Shown here one piece after another: positions 9,853-19,544 of a DNA stretch of 58,516 nt. The translations under genes and the position numbers were made by a program. The notes under the pieces were generated by a model. It was not told where the DNA came from and made no database searches. It saw nothing but the letters and a program-made list of their open reading frames with translations. The stretch lies in NCBI GenBank assembly GCA_043809585.1, contig JBDROZ010000044.1, positions 1 through 58,516 on the forward strand. Reading direction: 5' to 3'. This stretch comes from Candidatus Eiseniibacteriota bacterium. GTDB taxonomy: Bacteria > Orphanbacterota > Orphanbacteria > Orphanbacterales > Orphanbacteraceae. How positions within the stretch are numbered: the first letter of the stretch is position 1; each line of letters opens with the position of its first letter.

Positions 9853-12800
9853 GTGAACATGGAGCAGGCATACCGGGCGATTCGCGGAAGGCTGACGGCG
9901 ATCCGAAACCGGATCGCCGGGGTCGAGGCGACGATCTTCCTCGGCAAGGCGGCCTTCGCCGCCCTCCTCCTCCTTCTCCTGAACGTGCTGGCCGGATGGC
10001 TCTTGCCCTCCCGGACCTTTCTCCGCGTGGCGGCGGTGATCTCCCTCGGCGCCCTTCTTGCCTGGATCGCCTGGGCCCTCGCGGCGCTCGTCCGTCGATG
10101 GCCCCGCCTCCGCTGGATCGCCGCCGAGGCGGAGCGGGCGACCCCCGACCTGAAAGGGGATCTCCTCCGGGGCGCCCTCGACCTCGGGCGCCGGAGCGCC
10201 GATTCCGAGCGGTTCGGCTACTCGCCCGCCCTCATCGAAGCCCTCGTGGCGGATGCCCTCCGGAAGTCGGATGCGATTCGGGAGCGGACGCTCGGCGCCC
10301 GAAACCGGATCCGCCGGGCCCTTCCCGCGATCCCCCTCGCCCTGCTCGCCGCGGTCTTTCTATTCGCCGTCGTCCCCCACCGGACCGCGGGGGTGGTGCG
10401 CGCCCTCGCCCCTTCGGGCCGGGAGGCAGTCCTCGCCGAGGTCGGCCTCCAAGTCTCCCCGGGCGATTGCACCGTCGAGGCGGGGGAGACGGTGCCGGTG
10501 ACCGCGAGTTTCACGGAATACGCCGGGAAGGGCGTCCACCTCCTCACCCGCTCGGGCGAAGAGGAGTGGCGGGCCTTCCCCATGGCGGAGCGCCGCCGCT
10601 CGGAAGGCCGTCTCTTCGAAGGGGAGATCCCCGCCCTCGAGGCGGACGCCGAGTACCGGATCCGCTTCGACAACGGGGAGAGCCCCTCTTTCCGGGTGGC
10701 CGTTCACCGCCCCCCCATGATGACCGGCCTCGCCTATCGCCTCCGGTTCCCCCCCTACACCGGTCTCGAGGATCTGCCGGTGCGGGAGAACCACGGCAAC
10801 GTCACCGCCCTCTACGGCTCGGAGGTTTTCCTCGAAGGGGAGACGAACCTCCCGGTCGCGGAGGCGTGGCTCGCCGTGGAAGGGCGGGAGAAGGCGCTCC
10901 TCGCCGCCGAGGGGAGACGGGTTCACGGGAGCTTCGTCGTGGACGGGCGCTTTTCCTACGAAATCCTCCTCGTCGATTCGTCGGGGGCGATGAACGCCGA
11001 TCCGGTCCGTTACGAAGTGATGCCCGTGGAGGACGAGAAGCCCTTCGTCCGAATCACCCATCCCGGCGAGAACGTGGACCTCGACCAGGAGATGGCACTC
11101 GACATCCGGTTCACGGCCCTCGACGATTACGGGGTCCGCTCGGTGAATCTCGTCTACCGGGTGGGCGAGGAGGACGAGCGGAAGATCGCCCTCTTCTCCA
11201 CCGCCGATCGGATCACCGGGATCGAGCGGCTCCGCCCGTGGGATCTCTCGGACATCCGCCTCCTTCCACAAGATGTGATCACCTACTACCTCGAGGCGTG
11301 GGACAACGACGATCTCCGCGGTCCGAACCGCGGGGTGAGCCGGACCTATCAGGTCCGCATGCCTTCCCTCGCCGAGATCTTCCAGGAGGTGACGGGCGAC
11401 CGGGAGACGGAGATCGCCGAGCTGGAGGACCTCTACGACGAGAGCAGGGACCTCGAGGAGACCCTCGACGAACTCTCCCGGGAGATCCGCCGGAACGAGG
11501 AGATCTCCTGGGACGAGAAGAAGAAGATCGAGAACGTCCTCGACAAGCAGAAGGAGATCGAGGAGTCCCTCCGGGATGTGGCCAGCGAGATCGACCGGAC
11601 GACGGACAAGCTCGAAGAGAGCCGACTGATCACGCCGGAGACGGTGGAACGGATGATGGAACTCTCCCGGCTCCTGAGCGAGGTCGCCACCGACGAGATG
11701 CGCCAGGCCCTCCAGGACCTGCAGGCGGCGATGCGCGATCTGAAACCGGAGGAGATCCAGGCGGCGGCGGAGAATTTGGAACTCACCCAGCAGGATTTCA
11801 TGGAGCGCCTCGATCGCGCCATCGAGATGCTGAAGCGCTTGAAGGACCTCCAGGACACGGACGCCCTCGCCGAGGCGCTGCAGCGCATGGCGGAGGAGCA
11901 ACGGAGCCTCCGGGAGCGTACCGAAAACGTGGAAGCGAACTCCGAGGAGATGAATGCCCTCGCCGAGGAGGAGGACGCCCTCCGGGAGGAGCTCGACCGG
12001 ACGACGGAGGAGCTCGAGGAACTCGCCGAGCGGAGCGAGGAGAACTCGCCCTCCCTGGCGGAGCAGCTGAGGCAGGCCATGGAGGAGCTCGAAAAGCGCA
12101 AGACCAACTCGAAGATGGAGCAGTCGGCGGACAACATGCGCCAGGGGAAGAAGTCCGCCGCGCAGCAGAAGCAGCAGGAGGCGGAGAACGACCTGTTCGA
12201 CCTTTCCTTCCGGCTGACCGAGACGGTGTCCGCCATGTGCTCTTCGGCGAGCCAAAGAAGCCAGGCCGCCTTCGGCGAGAGCATTCAGGATCTCATCTAC
12301 CTCTCTAAGGGGCAGGAGGGTGTCCTCGTCGACGCGACGGGAGACGGCCGGAGCTCGTCCCTCGAGAGGAGGCGGGACCTCGCGGAGAAGCAGCAGGAGG
12401 TGTGGACCGGAATCGGCCGGGTGATGGAGAAGATCCGGGAGGTGGGCAAGGATTCCCCCCATCTCTCCTCGATGGCCCTCGACCTCCTCCGCCGGGGGCG
12501 GGGCAAGGCGGAACAGGCCGCGTCGGAATTCGAGGCGGGCCGGATGGACCTCGCCCGCGCCCGGGGGGACGAGGCGATGATCCATCTGAACCGCTCCATC
12601 GTGGAGCTTCTTCGATCCCAGGAGAACCAGGCCTCGTCGTGCAGCAACCCGAACGGACAGAGCCAGGGCATGCAGCAGATGCAGCGGATGACCGACAGGC
12701 AACGGGGGCTGAACCAGGAGTCTTCCCAGGTGCCCATGCCCTCGAACAACCCGGCCGCCATTCCCATGGAGACCCGGGCCCAGATGTCCCGACTCGCCGC

Positions 12801-13206
12801 GGAGCAGCAGCAGATCCGGAAGGGCGTGGAACAGCTCCAGCAGGAGGTGGAAGAGGGGGGCGACGTTCTCGGCCGTCTCGACGATATCATGGAGGAGATG
12901 CGGGGGGTCGAGAAGGATCTAGACAACGCGAACCTCTCCCCCGAGACCCGGGAGCGCCAGGAGCGGATCCTCTCACGGATGCTCGACGCCCAGCGCTCGA
13001 TCCGGGACCGGGGGTACAGGAAAGATCGCCGCTCCCGGACCGGCGAAGCGGTGGAGGCCGGCGCGCCCGACCGCCTGCCCCGAACCCTCTCGGAGGCGCG
13101 GGAGCGGATGCGCGAGGACGCCGCCCACATGCCCGGTTTCGTCTACCCGCCGGAGTACGAAGAGCTGATCCGATCCTACTACCGGGCCCTCGAAGCGAAG
13201 GACTGA
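9853..13206 (+). CDS. DUF4175-like membrane-anchored coiled-coil protein
   Basis: N-terminal TMs, Ig-like region (FPPYTG, DDYGV, YYLEAWDND), long Q/E-rich coiled coil, C-terminal PPEYEELIRSYY. Confidence 0.8.
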   Translation: MNMEQAYRAIRGRLTAIRNRIAGVEATIFLGKAAFAALLLLLLNVLAGWLLPSRTFLRVAAVISLGALLAWIAWALAALVRRWPRLRWIAAEAERATPDLKGDLLRGALDLGRRSADSERFGYSPALIEALVADALRKSDAIRERTLGARNRIRRALPAIPLALLAAVFLFAVVPHRTAGVVRALAPSGREAVLAEVGLQVSPGDCTVEAGETVPVTASFTEYAGKGVHLLTRSGEEEWRAFPMAERRRSEGRLFEGEIPALEADAEYRIRFDNGESPSFRVAVHRPPMMTGLAYRLRFPPYTGLEDLPVRENHGNVTALYGSEVFLEGETNLPVAEAWLAVEGREKALLAAEGRRVHGSFVVDGRFSYEILLVDSSGAMNADPVRYEVMPVEDEKPFVRITHPGENVDLDQEMALDIRFTALDDYGVRSVNLVYRVGEEDERKIALFSTADRITGIERLRPWDLSDIRLLPQDVITYYLEAWDNDDLRGPNRGVSRTYQVRMPSLAEIFQEVTGDRETEIAELEDLYDESRDLEETLDELSREIRRNEEISWDEKKKIENVLDKQKEIEESLRDVASEIDRTTDKLEESRLITPETVERMMELSRLLSEVATDEMRQALQDLQAAMRDLKPEEIQAAAENLELTQQDFMERLDRAIEMLKRLKDLQDTDALAEALQRMAEEQRSLRERTENVEANSEEMNALAEEEDALREELDRTTEELEELAERSEENSPSLAEQLRQAMEELEKRKTNSKMEQSADNMRQGKKSAAQQKQQEAENDLFDLSFRLTETVSAMCSSASQRSQAAFGESIQDLIYLSKGQEGVLVDATGDGRSSSLERRRDLAEKQQEVWTGIGRVMEKIREVGKDSPHLSSMALDLLRRGRGKAEQAASEFEAGRMDLARARGDEAMIHLNRSIVELLRSQENQASSCSNPNGQSQGMQQMQRMTDRQRGLNQESSQVPMPSNNPAAIPMETRAQMSRLAAEQQQIRKGVEQLQQEVEEGGDVLGRLDDIMEEMRGVEKDLDNANLSPETRERQERILSRMLDAQRSIRDRGYRKDRRSRTGEAVEAGAPDRLPRTLSEARERMREDAAHMPGFVYPPEYEELIRSYYRALEAKD

Positions 13207-13213
13207 TCCCACG

Positions 13214-15844
13214 ATGGCATGGCTCGCGGGCGGCGCCCTGTTCGCCCTTTATCTTCTCACCCTCTGTCCGACGGTCTACGTCGGCGACTCGGGGGAGCTG
13301 ATCACCGCCGCGTCGGTGCTCGGTATCGCCCACCCGCCGGGGTATCCTCTCTACGTTCTTCTCGGCCGCCTCTTCTCGCTGTTCCCTTTCGGATCCGTGG
13401 CGCTCCGGGTCAATCTGATGTCCTCCTTCTTCGGCGCCGGCGCCGCGGTCCTTCTCTACCGGTACGTCCGTCTTCTTCTCGCCCGGAGCGCCCCGGAAGG
13501 GGAGAGGAGGCCTTTCGCCGAGGGCGTGGCGGCGCTGACGGTGGTCCTGCTCTTCGGGGCGGCCCGGACCGTCTGGGGGGAGAGCGTGAAGGCCGAGGTG
13601 TACAGCCTGCATCTCTTCGCCGTCGCCGCGATTCTCCTCGTTGCCGAGAGCGGCCGCCGCGGGTCGCTCACCTTCTTTCTTCTCGGCCTGGCGGCGGCGA
13701 ACCACCCGACCGCGCTTCTTCTCGTCCCCGGACTCGCCTTCCGGTTTTTCGGGGAGCGCCGTCCCGGCCCCCGGGAGATCGCCGGGGCGGCGGCCGCCTT
13801 CGCCGGCGGCGTGACCCTCTATCTCTCTCTTCTGGTCCGGCCTTCCGCTCCCGAACTCTTCGCCTGGCGCAAGCCGGAGACCCTCGCCGCCCTCTGGACC
13901 CACGTCACCCGCGGGCAGTACGGCGGTCTCTCCGAACACTCGAGGAGCGTCCCCCTCCTCTTGGCCCAGATCGTCTGGCTCGTCCGGCTGCTCGCCCGGG
14001 AAGGGGGACCGGTTCTTCTGCTCCTTCCGGTCGCGCTCCACCGGGCGTTCCGACCCGCCGCTCCGGCGGCGCTGCGGACCCTCGTGATCCACTTCGTGTT
14101 CTTCTCCGTCGGGCTTCTGCTTCTCCTGAACCACGGGGTCGACGCCCGGGACGGGGCCGTCGCGACGGTCTTCTACCTTCCCGCGGTGCTGACCGCCCTC
14201 GCACTCGCGGCCGTCACCCTCCGGGATCTCGCCGCCCGCCTCGGTCCGGCGTCGTCCCGGTTCGCCGCCGCGGCGCTCCTCCTCCCGGCCCTCTCGTTCG
14301 TCTGGAACGGGTCGGTGTGCGACGCCCGGGGCTTCACCCTCGCGGACGACATCGGCCGGGCCGTGCTCGACGGCGCGCCGATGGACGCGCTCCTTCTCAG
14401 CGAAGGGGACAACAACACCTTCGTCCTGCACTACCTTCAGATCGCCGAGGGGAGGAGGAGGGACGTGACCGTGCTCGACCGGGACCTCAATCTCTTCCCC
14501 CGTCGTTTTGACGGATCCCGGGGGGATCCGGTCGATCGGGAGACGCGGGACCGGGTTGTCGAGGAGGCGGTGCGCCGGGGGGAGAGGCCCGTCTGCAGCG
14601 TGAACGCCTACACCCGGCGACCCGTGGCGGGGAAGAGGCTCGCCTCCATCGGTCCCCTCTATCGTTTCATCGGGGAGGGCGAGGAGGTGCCGCCGAGCGA
14701 CATCGAACGGTACCACCCCGGCGGCTTCGGGCCGGGCCCCCTCCGGGGGGATTACCTGGCGCGACGCTTCGCGGTCTCTTATCTCTCCCGGTGGGCGGAC
14801 CACTACCGGGAAACGGGGAACGAGGAGGGGATCGCCTCGGTGAGGGAGAAGATCCTCGCCGTGGGGGAGGGCCTCAAGGAGGCCCACCTCGTGGTCGGCG
14901 AGGCGCTCGCCGCGGCGGGGGACACGGCGGCGGCGATCGAGGAGATCGATCGATCGGTCCGGGCGGACCCCGAATTCCTGCGGGCCCGCCGGGAGCTCGC
15001 CGACCTTCTTCTCGCCGACGGGGTGGGAGAGCGGGCGGTGGAGGAGTACCGTCGTCTCGTCGACATGACGGGACGGCCGGGGGACAGGCTCAATCTGGCG
15101 AACGCTCTTCTCCTCACCGGCGACCGGGAGGGGGCGGCGGAAGAGTACGGACGGGTGGCGGCGGAGGCGGAAGGGGACAGCACGATCCTCTTTGGCGTCG
15201 CCACGGGCTACGAGAATCTCGGCCGGACCGAGGAGTGGGCCCGGGCCCTCGAGAGTCTCCGGGGGGCCCATCCCGGGATGTTCGCCCATCACGAAGACCT
15301 CGGCGACGCGTACGACCGGCTCGGGAAGGGGGACCCCGCCCGGGAGGCGTACCGGGAGGCGATCCGCCGGGATCCGGGGAACGGGGACCTTTCCTACAAG
15401 CTGGGCCTCCTGCTCCTCCGGCAAGGGTCCCCGGGCGTCGCGGAAGGGCACCTGGCCCGGGCGATCGAGCTCGATCCGGCCCATTCCGGCGCCCTGAACG
15501 CCCTGGCCTACCTCTACGGCGCCGAGAACCGAAACCTGGAGGAGGCCCTCGAGTTCGCGGACCGGGCGATTCGAGCCGCCCCGCCGGGGGAAGCCGGTTA
15601 CTATCACGACACCCGGGGTGTTATCCTGGGGAAACTCGGCCGCGACGAAGAGGCGGCAGAGGCTTTTCGGCTCGCCCTTCGGGAGACGCCGGAGTGGGAC
15701 CGGGCGGCCCTCGCCGAGACGTGGGACCATCTCGGGGAGCTCTCCGAACGGGAGGGGGACGGCGCCGGCGCGGCGGGTTGCCGGGCACGGGCGGATTCGA
15801 TCCGCGGAAGACGGGAACCGGCCCGCCCCGCGGCGGGTGGGTAG
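13214..15844 (+). CDS. DUF2723 / TMEM260-like GT-C membrane protein with C-terminal TPRs
   Basis: GDSGELITAASVLGIAHPPGYPLY, AEVYSL, GDNNTF...YLQ; TPR repeats in the C-terminal third. Confidence 0.85.
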   Translation: MAWLAGGALFALYLLTLCPTVYVGDSGELITAASVLGIAHPPGYPLYVLLGRLFSLFPFGSVALRVNLMSSFFGAGAAVLLYRYVRLLLARSAPEGERRPFAEGVAALTVVLLFGAARTVWGESVKAEVYSLHLFAVAAILLVAESGRRGSLTFFLLGLAAANHPTALLLVPGLAFRFFGERRPGPREIAGAAAAFAGGVTLYLSLLVRPSAPELFAWRKPETLAALWTHVTRGQYGGLSEHSRSVPLLLAQIVWLVRLLAREGGPVLLLLPVALHRAFRPAAPAALRTLVIHFVFFSVGLLLLLNHGVDARDGAVATVFYLPAVLTALALAAVTLRDLAARLGPASSRFAAAALLLPALSFVWNGSVCDARGFTLADDIGRAVLDGAPMDALLLSEGDNNTFVLHYLQIAEGRRRDVTVLDRDLNLFPRRFDGSRGDPVDRETRDRVVEEAVRRGERPVCSVNAYTRRPVAGKRLASIGPLYRFIGEGEEVPPSDIERYHPGGFGPGPLRGDYLARRFAVSYLSRWADHYRETGNEEGIASVREKILAVGEGLKEAHLVVGEALAAAGDTAAAIEEIDRSVRADPEFLRARRELADLLLADGVGERAVEEYRRLVDMTGRPGDRLNLANALLLTGDREGAAEEYGRVAAEAEGDSTILFGVATGYENLGRTEEWARALESLRGAHPGMFAHHEDLGDAYDRLGKGDPAREAYREAIRRDPGNGDLSYKLGLLLLRQGSPGVAEGHLARAIELDPAHSGALNALAYLYGAENRNLEEALEFADRAIRAAPPGEAGYYHDTRGVILGKLGRDEEAAEAFRLALRETPEWDRAALAETWDHLGELSEREGDGAGAAGCRARADSIRGRREPARPAAGG

Positions 15845-15904
15845 ACAAGGAACGGCACCGGGGGGCCGATCCTCGGATCGGGCCAACGATCGGCGGAGAG
15901 TCTC

Positions 15905-17737
15905 TTGAATCGAATCGCACACAAGACGGGATGGATCCTCATCGTCCTGCTCGCTTTCGGTGGCGTGCTCGGCGGACCGGCCCCTTCCCGCGCCCAGGAC
16001 GGCCCCGGCCCCGACCCGCGGTTCCAGCGGCGCCTCGAGGAGGCGAGCCGCCATCTCCGCCGGGGGGGCGCGGAAAGGGCCCGCCGCATTTTCGAGGAGC
16101 TGCTCTCCGAGCGCCCGGAGGACCGGGACGCTTTCGCGGGGCTCATCGCCGCCCGGATCGAGACGTTCGACCTCGAAGGGCTGGGGGAGATGGTGGAGAC
16201 CCGGATCGCGGAGAAGGGGATCGACCCGGAACTCTCCCTTCTTCTCGGCGACGTCCACGCGGCGGCGGGGCGCCGGCCGGAGGCGATGGCCGTCTGGCGG
16301 GCGTCCGTCGATCTCTTCGACAGCCGGGAAGAGGCGTACCGGCTGATCGCTCGGCGAATGGAAGACCGCCGCATGGTCGATGAAGCGATCCTCTTTCTCC
16401 GGGAAGGGCGCCGGGAGTCGGGGGACCGGTTCCAATTCTCCGAAGATCTCTGCCGGCTCCTCGGCTTCGCGGGGAAGATGGACGAGTCCGCCCGGGAGTG
16501 GGTGCGCGCCGCCGCCGCCGGGACCCGGAAGAACGCCGAGGCGGCCCGGCGCCTTCAGGAGCTCCGGAACGACGGGGAAATCGACGCCTATCCGTACGAC
16601 GAGATGAGAGCGATCCTCGATTCCCTCCCCTCCCGGCACGGGGTGCGGGAGATTCTCGCGGAATGCTATCTCGAGGACGGCCGTTGCGACGCCGCGCGCG
16701 GAGAGTATGAGGAGCTCGAGCGGAGCCAACCCCGCTGCGGCACCTATCTCATGCCCTTCGCCAAGCGCGCCGCGGAGCTGGGGTGTTTCGGCGAAGCGGC
16801 GAAAGCGGCCTCCGATCTCGCCCGCCGGTGCGACCGACCTTCGGTGCGGCTCGACGCCGCGTTTCTCCTCGCCCGCGTGCAGAGGGAGGAGGGAAACCCG
16901 GACGGGGCGATCGCCACGTACGACGGGATCCTGAAGGACACGAAGAACGTCCGGGAGACGAACCGGGCCCGGTTCGAGCTCGCCTCGGTGCTCGTCGACG
17001 AGATGGGGGAAGGGGAACGGGCGATCCCGGTGCTCGAGGAGCTGCTCCGGGCGGACAAGTACGATGGGCTGACGGACGCCCGGTTTCTCCTCGCCCGTGG
17101 GCGGCTGATCACGGGAGACTTCGAGGGGGCCCGGACGGAGTACCAATCGATTCACGACACGGCGGAGGACGACGACACGCGGGAGAGGGCGATCTTCGCC
17201 GTCGGCCGCTCCCTGTTCTTCGCGGGCGACATGGACGGCGCCCTCGCCGAGTACCGGCGCGTGGTGGACCAGTATCCGGCGGGGTTCTACCTGAACGACG
17301 CGATCGACCAGTCGATCTTCATCAGCGGGCACCGGGACGCGGGGGACGGGGCCCTCCGGGAGTACGCCGATTGTCTTCTCCGAATCGACCGGAAGGACTT
17401 CGACGGGGGGCGAAAGAAAGTGGAGTCCCTCCTCGAAACGCTCACGGTCTCCCATCTTCGGGACGAGTTGACCTGGCAACTCGGGCGGATCGCCGAAGAG
17501 GAGGGGCTCTACCGGCAGGCGGTGGAGGTCTACGAGCGCCTGGTCGCCGAGTTCCCCGGGGAGCGGCTCGCCCACGTGGCGAGCGTCCGGGTCGCGGACC
17601 TCTACTGCACCCGCCTCGGCGACATTCCCCGGGGCCTCGCGCGGTACGACAAATTCCTGGTCGACCATCCGACCAGCATTCTCGCCGATGAGGCGCGGCG
17701 GAAGAAGCGGGAGGCCCAGAGCGAACACGGGTCGTGA
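15905..17737 (+). CDS. Exported tetratricopeptide repeat protein
   Basis: Signal peptide; repeated helical TPR-like units (A..Y..LV..FP). Confidence 0.8.
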   Translation: MNRIAHKTGWILIVLLAFGGVLGGPAPSRAQDGPGPDPRFQRRLEEASRHLRRGGAERARRIFEELLSERPEDRDAFAGLIAARIETFDLEGLGEMVETRIAEKGIDPELSLLLGDVHAAAGRRPEAMAVWRASVDLFDSREEAYRLIARRMEDRRMVDEAILFLREGRRESGDRFQFSEDLCRLLGFAGKMDESAREWVRAAAAGTRKNAEAARRLQELRNDGEIDAYPYDEMRAILDSLPSRHGVREILAECYLEDGRCDAARGEYEELERSQPRCGTYLMPFAKRAAELGCFGEAAKAASDLARRCDRPSVRLDAAFLLARVQREEGNPDGAIATYDGILKDTKNVRETNRARFELASVLVDEMGEGERAIPVLEELLRADKYDGLTDARFLLARGRLITGDFEGARTEYQSIHDTAEDDDTRERAIFAVGRSLFFAGDMDGALAEYRRVVDQYPAGFYLNDAIDQSIFISGHRDAGDGALREYADCLLRIDRKDFDGGRKKVESLLETLTVSHLRDELTWQLGRIAEEEGLYRQAVEVYERLVAEFPGERLAHVASVRVADLYCTRLGDIPRGLARYDKFLVDHPTSILADEARRKKREAQSEHGS

Positions 17738-17809
17738 CCCGGATCGCTCGCCGACTTTCGGCTGCGGGCCAAGGCCGCGGGCCGGGAACGCGGTTCTCAT
17801 GGAGATTTC

Positions 17810-19084
17810 ATGAAAGCGATCGGTATTCATCCGGCTTTGGGATTCTTCTTCTTCTTTGCCCTTCTGACGATCTCCCCCGCGTCCGCCGGGCTCTACCTGA
17901 TCCCCATGGATCTCGCCCAGACGGACCACCTGAAGGCGTACGGGGTGGCGTACTGGTTTCTGGAGCAGGGGGTGAACGTGCACTGGCTCCTCAACTACCG
18001 GGGGGGCTCGTTTCTCGCCGAGGGGGGCGACATTCTGGAGCGGCGCGCCACCCTGCAGGGGGTCCGGATCGAGCCGGTCTCGGCGTCCGGGAGGGATCGG
18101 ATCCTCGCGGAGGTGGAGGCGAACAACATGGCGGATGTCCTTCTCGAAAAGCCGCCGAGGGTGGCGATTTACACGCCGCCGAACAAGCAGCCTTGGGACG
18201 ACGCCGTGACACTCGCCCTGACGTACGCGGAAATCCCGTATGCGACGCTCTGGGACGAAGAGGTGCTCGCCGGCGACCTGGAGCGGTACGACTGGCTCCA
18301 CCTCCACCACGAGGACTTCACGGGCCAGTACGGGAAATTCTACGTCAGCTTCAAGGACGCCGACTGGTACAAGCGTCAGCAGACCCTCTACGAGCAACTC
18401 GCCCGGGAGGCGGGTTATTCGAAGGTGTCGGAGCATAAGAAGGCGGTGGCCCGGCAGGTGACGCAGTACGTCTCCCGGGGCGGATTTCTCTTCAGCATGT
18501 GTTCCGCCACGGACACGTACGACATCGCTCTGGCTGCGTGGAAGACGGACATTTGCGACGTGATGAACGACGGGGATCCGCCGGACCGGAGCGCGGAGAA
18601 GAAGCTCGACTTCTCCGAGACCTTGGCCTTCGAGAATTTCCGGTTGGTGATGGATCCCCTCGTCTACGAGTACTCGGACATCGACGTGTCGAACTACTCC
18701 CAGGCGGCGGGGGCGGAGAACGACTATTTCACGCTCTTCGACTTTTCGGCGAAGTACGATCCGGTGCCGTGCATGCTCACCCAGAACCACGTGTCGGTGG
18801 TGAAGGGGTTCCTCGGGCAGACGACGGCGTTCCGGAAGTCGCTCATCAAACGGCCCGTGATCATCCTCGGCGAGACGGAGGGGACGGACGTGGTGAAGTA
18901 CCTGCACGGAAACTACGGGCGGGGGACGTTCACCATGCTCGGCGGTCACGACCCGGAGGATTACCAGCACGCGGTCGGCGACCCGCCGACGGACCTTTCG
19001 CTCCACAAGAATTCCCCCGGCTATCGGCTCATCCTGAACAACATCCTCTTCCCGGCGGCCAAGAAGAAGGAGCGCAAGACGTAA
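17810..19084 (+). CDS. Conserved exported protein of an FCB family often labelled 'asparagine synthetase B' (class I GATase-like; function unverified)
   Basis: LIPMD.AQTDHLKAYGVAYW, WLLNYRGGSF, WDDAVT, DWLHLHHEDFTGQYGKF, GGHDPEDY, SPGYRLILNN. Confidence 0.75.
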   Translation: MKAIGIHPALGFFFFFALLTISPASAGLYLIPMDLAQTDHLKAYGVAYWFLEQGVNVHWLLNYRGGSFLAEGGDILERRATLQGVRIEPVSASGRDRILAEVEANNMADVLLEKPPRVAIYTPPNKQPWDDAVTLALTYAEIPYATLWDEEVLAGDLERYDWLHLHHEDFTGQYGKFYVSFKDADWYKRQQTLYEQLAREAGYSKVSEHKKAVARQVTQYVSRGGFLFSMCSATDTYDIALAAWKTDICDVMNDGDPPDRSAEKKLDFSETLAFENFRLVMDPLVYEYSDIDVSNYSQAAGAENDYFTLFDFSAKYDPVPCMLTQNHVSVVKGFLGQTTAFRKSLIKRPVIILGETEGTDVVKYLHGNYGRGTFTMLGGHDPEDYQHAVGDPPTDLSLHKNSPGYRLILNNILFPAAKKKERKT

Positions 19085-19454
19085 GGGGCCCTCGGGGGCT
19101 TTCCCCCTTCGGGACACGGCGGAGTACGGGCGGGTCCTGACCGCTCCCGTCCGCTGCGATGCTCGCCAGTCGCACACTTGTCATTCATGTTCTCTGCTAC
19201 TTGAACCGCGCCTTTCGATCTCGATGATGCCAATACTCGTCGGGGTCTGGTGCTTGGTGGCTGCGCGTCTCGCGGACCCCTGTCGCCGCCACCCGCCCGT
19301 GGTTTCGAATGATCAGCAAGGACTGCCGGCCGGAAGGCCCCTTCCGTCATGCGAGAGGGAGAAGGATGACGTCCGCCCACCCGGGGCCGTGGGCTCCTCA
19401 TCAGTCTCACCGCGCTTAATGCTCTGCAATGAGCCGGAGCATTGCTCGTCTGGC

Positions 19455-19544
19455 TAATTCCGGGGACGCCGTACCTATTTCCAGAGTGGCTTCATCGGCG
19501 GCAGTGATATCATCGAATAAATAAGTATGGCGTCCCCAGAATTA
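19455..19544. repeat. 26-bp imperfect inverted repeat with 38-bp spacer (REP/MITE-like)
   Basis: TAATTCCGGGGACGCCGTACCTATTT (19455-19480) vs AAATAAGTATGGCGTCCCCAGAATTA (19519-19544), 3 mismatches. Confidence 0.8.

Noticed and set aside
17810-19084. asnB gene symbol
   Set aside because: No N-terminal Cys Ntn domain or SGGLDS PP-loop, and it has a signal peptide
12887-19177. 2096-aa minus-strand ORF, and similar long antisense ORFs (317-3097, 27309-30200, 49020-53150)
   Set aside because: They lie antisense to well-supported genes, have no motifs, and are expected shadow ORFs in high-GC DNA
19183-19290. Minus-strand fragment GSARR...PTSIGIIEI resembling a metallophosphoesterase C-terminus
   Set aside because: Too short and has no upstream ORF; a pseudogene cannot be supported
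19290-19410. Minus-strand CTGATGAG ... CGAAAC resembling a hammerhead ribozyme core
   Set aside because: No valid NUH cleavage triplet or stem I could be formed, and stem II would be ~95 nt with weak closure
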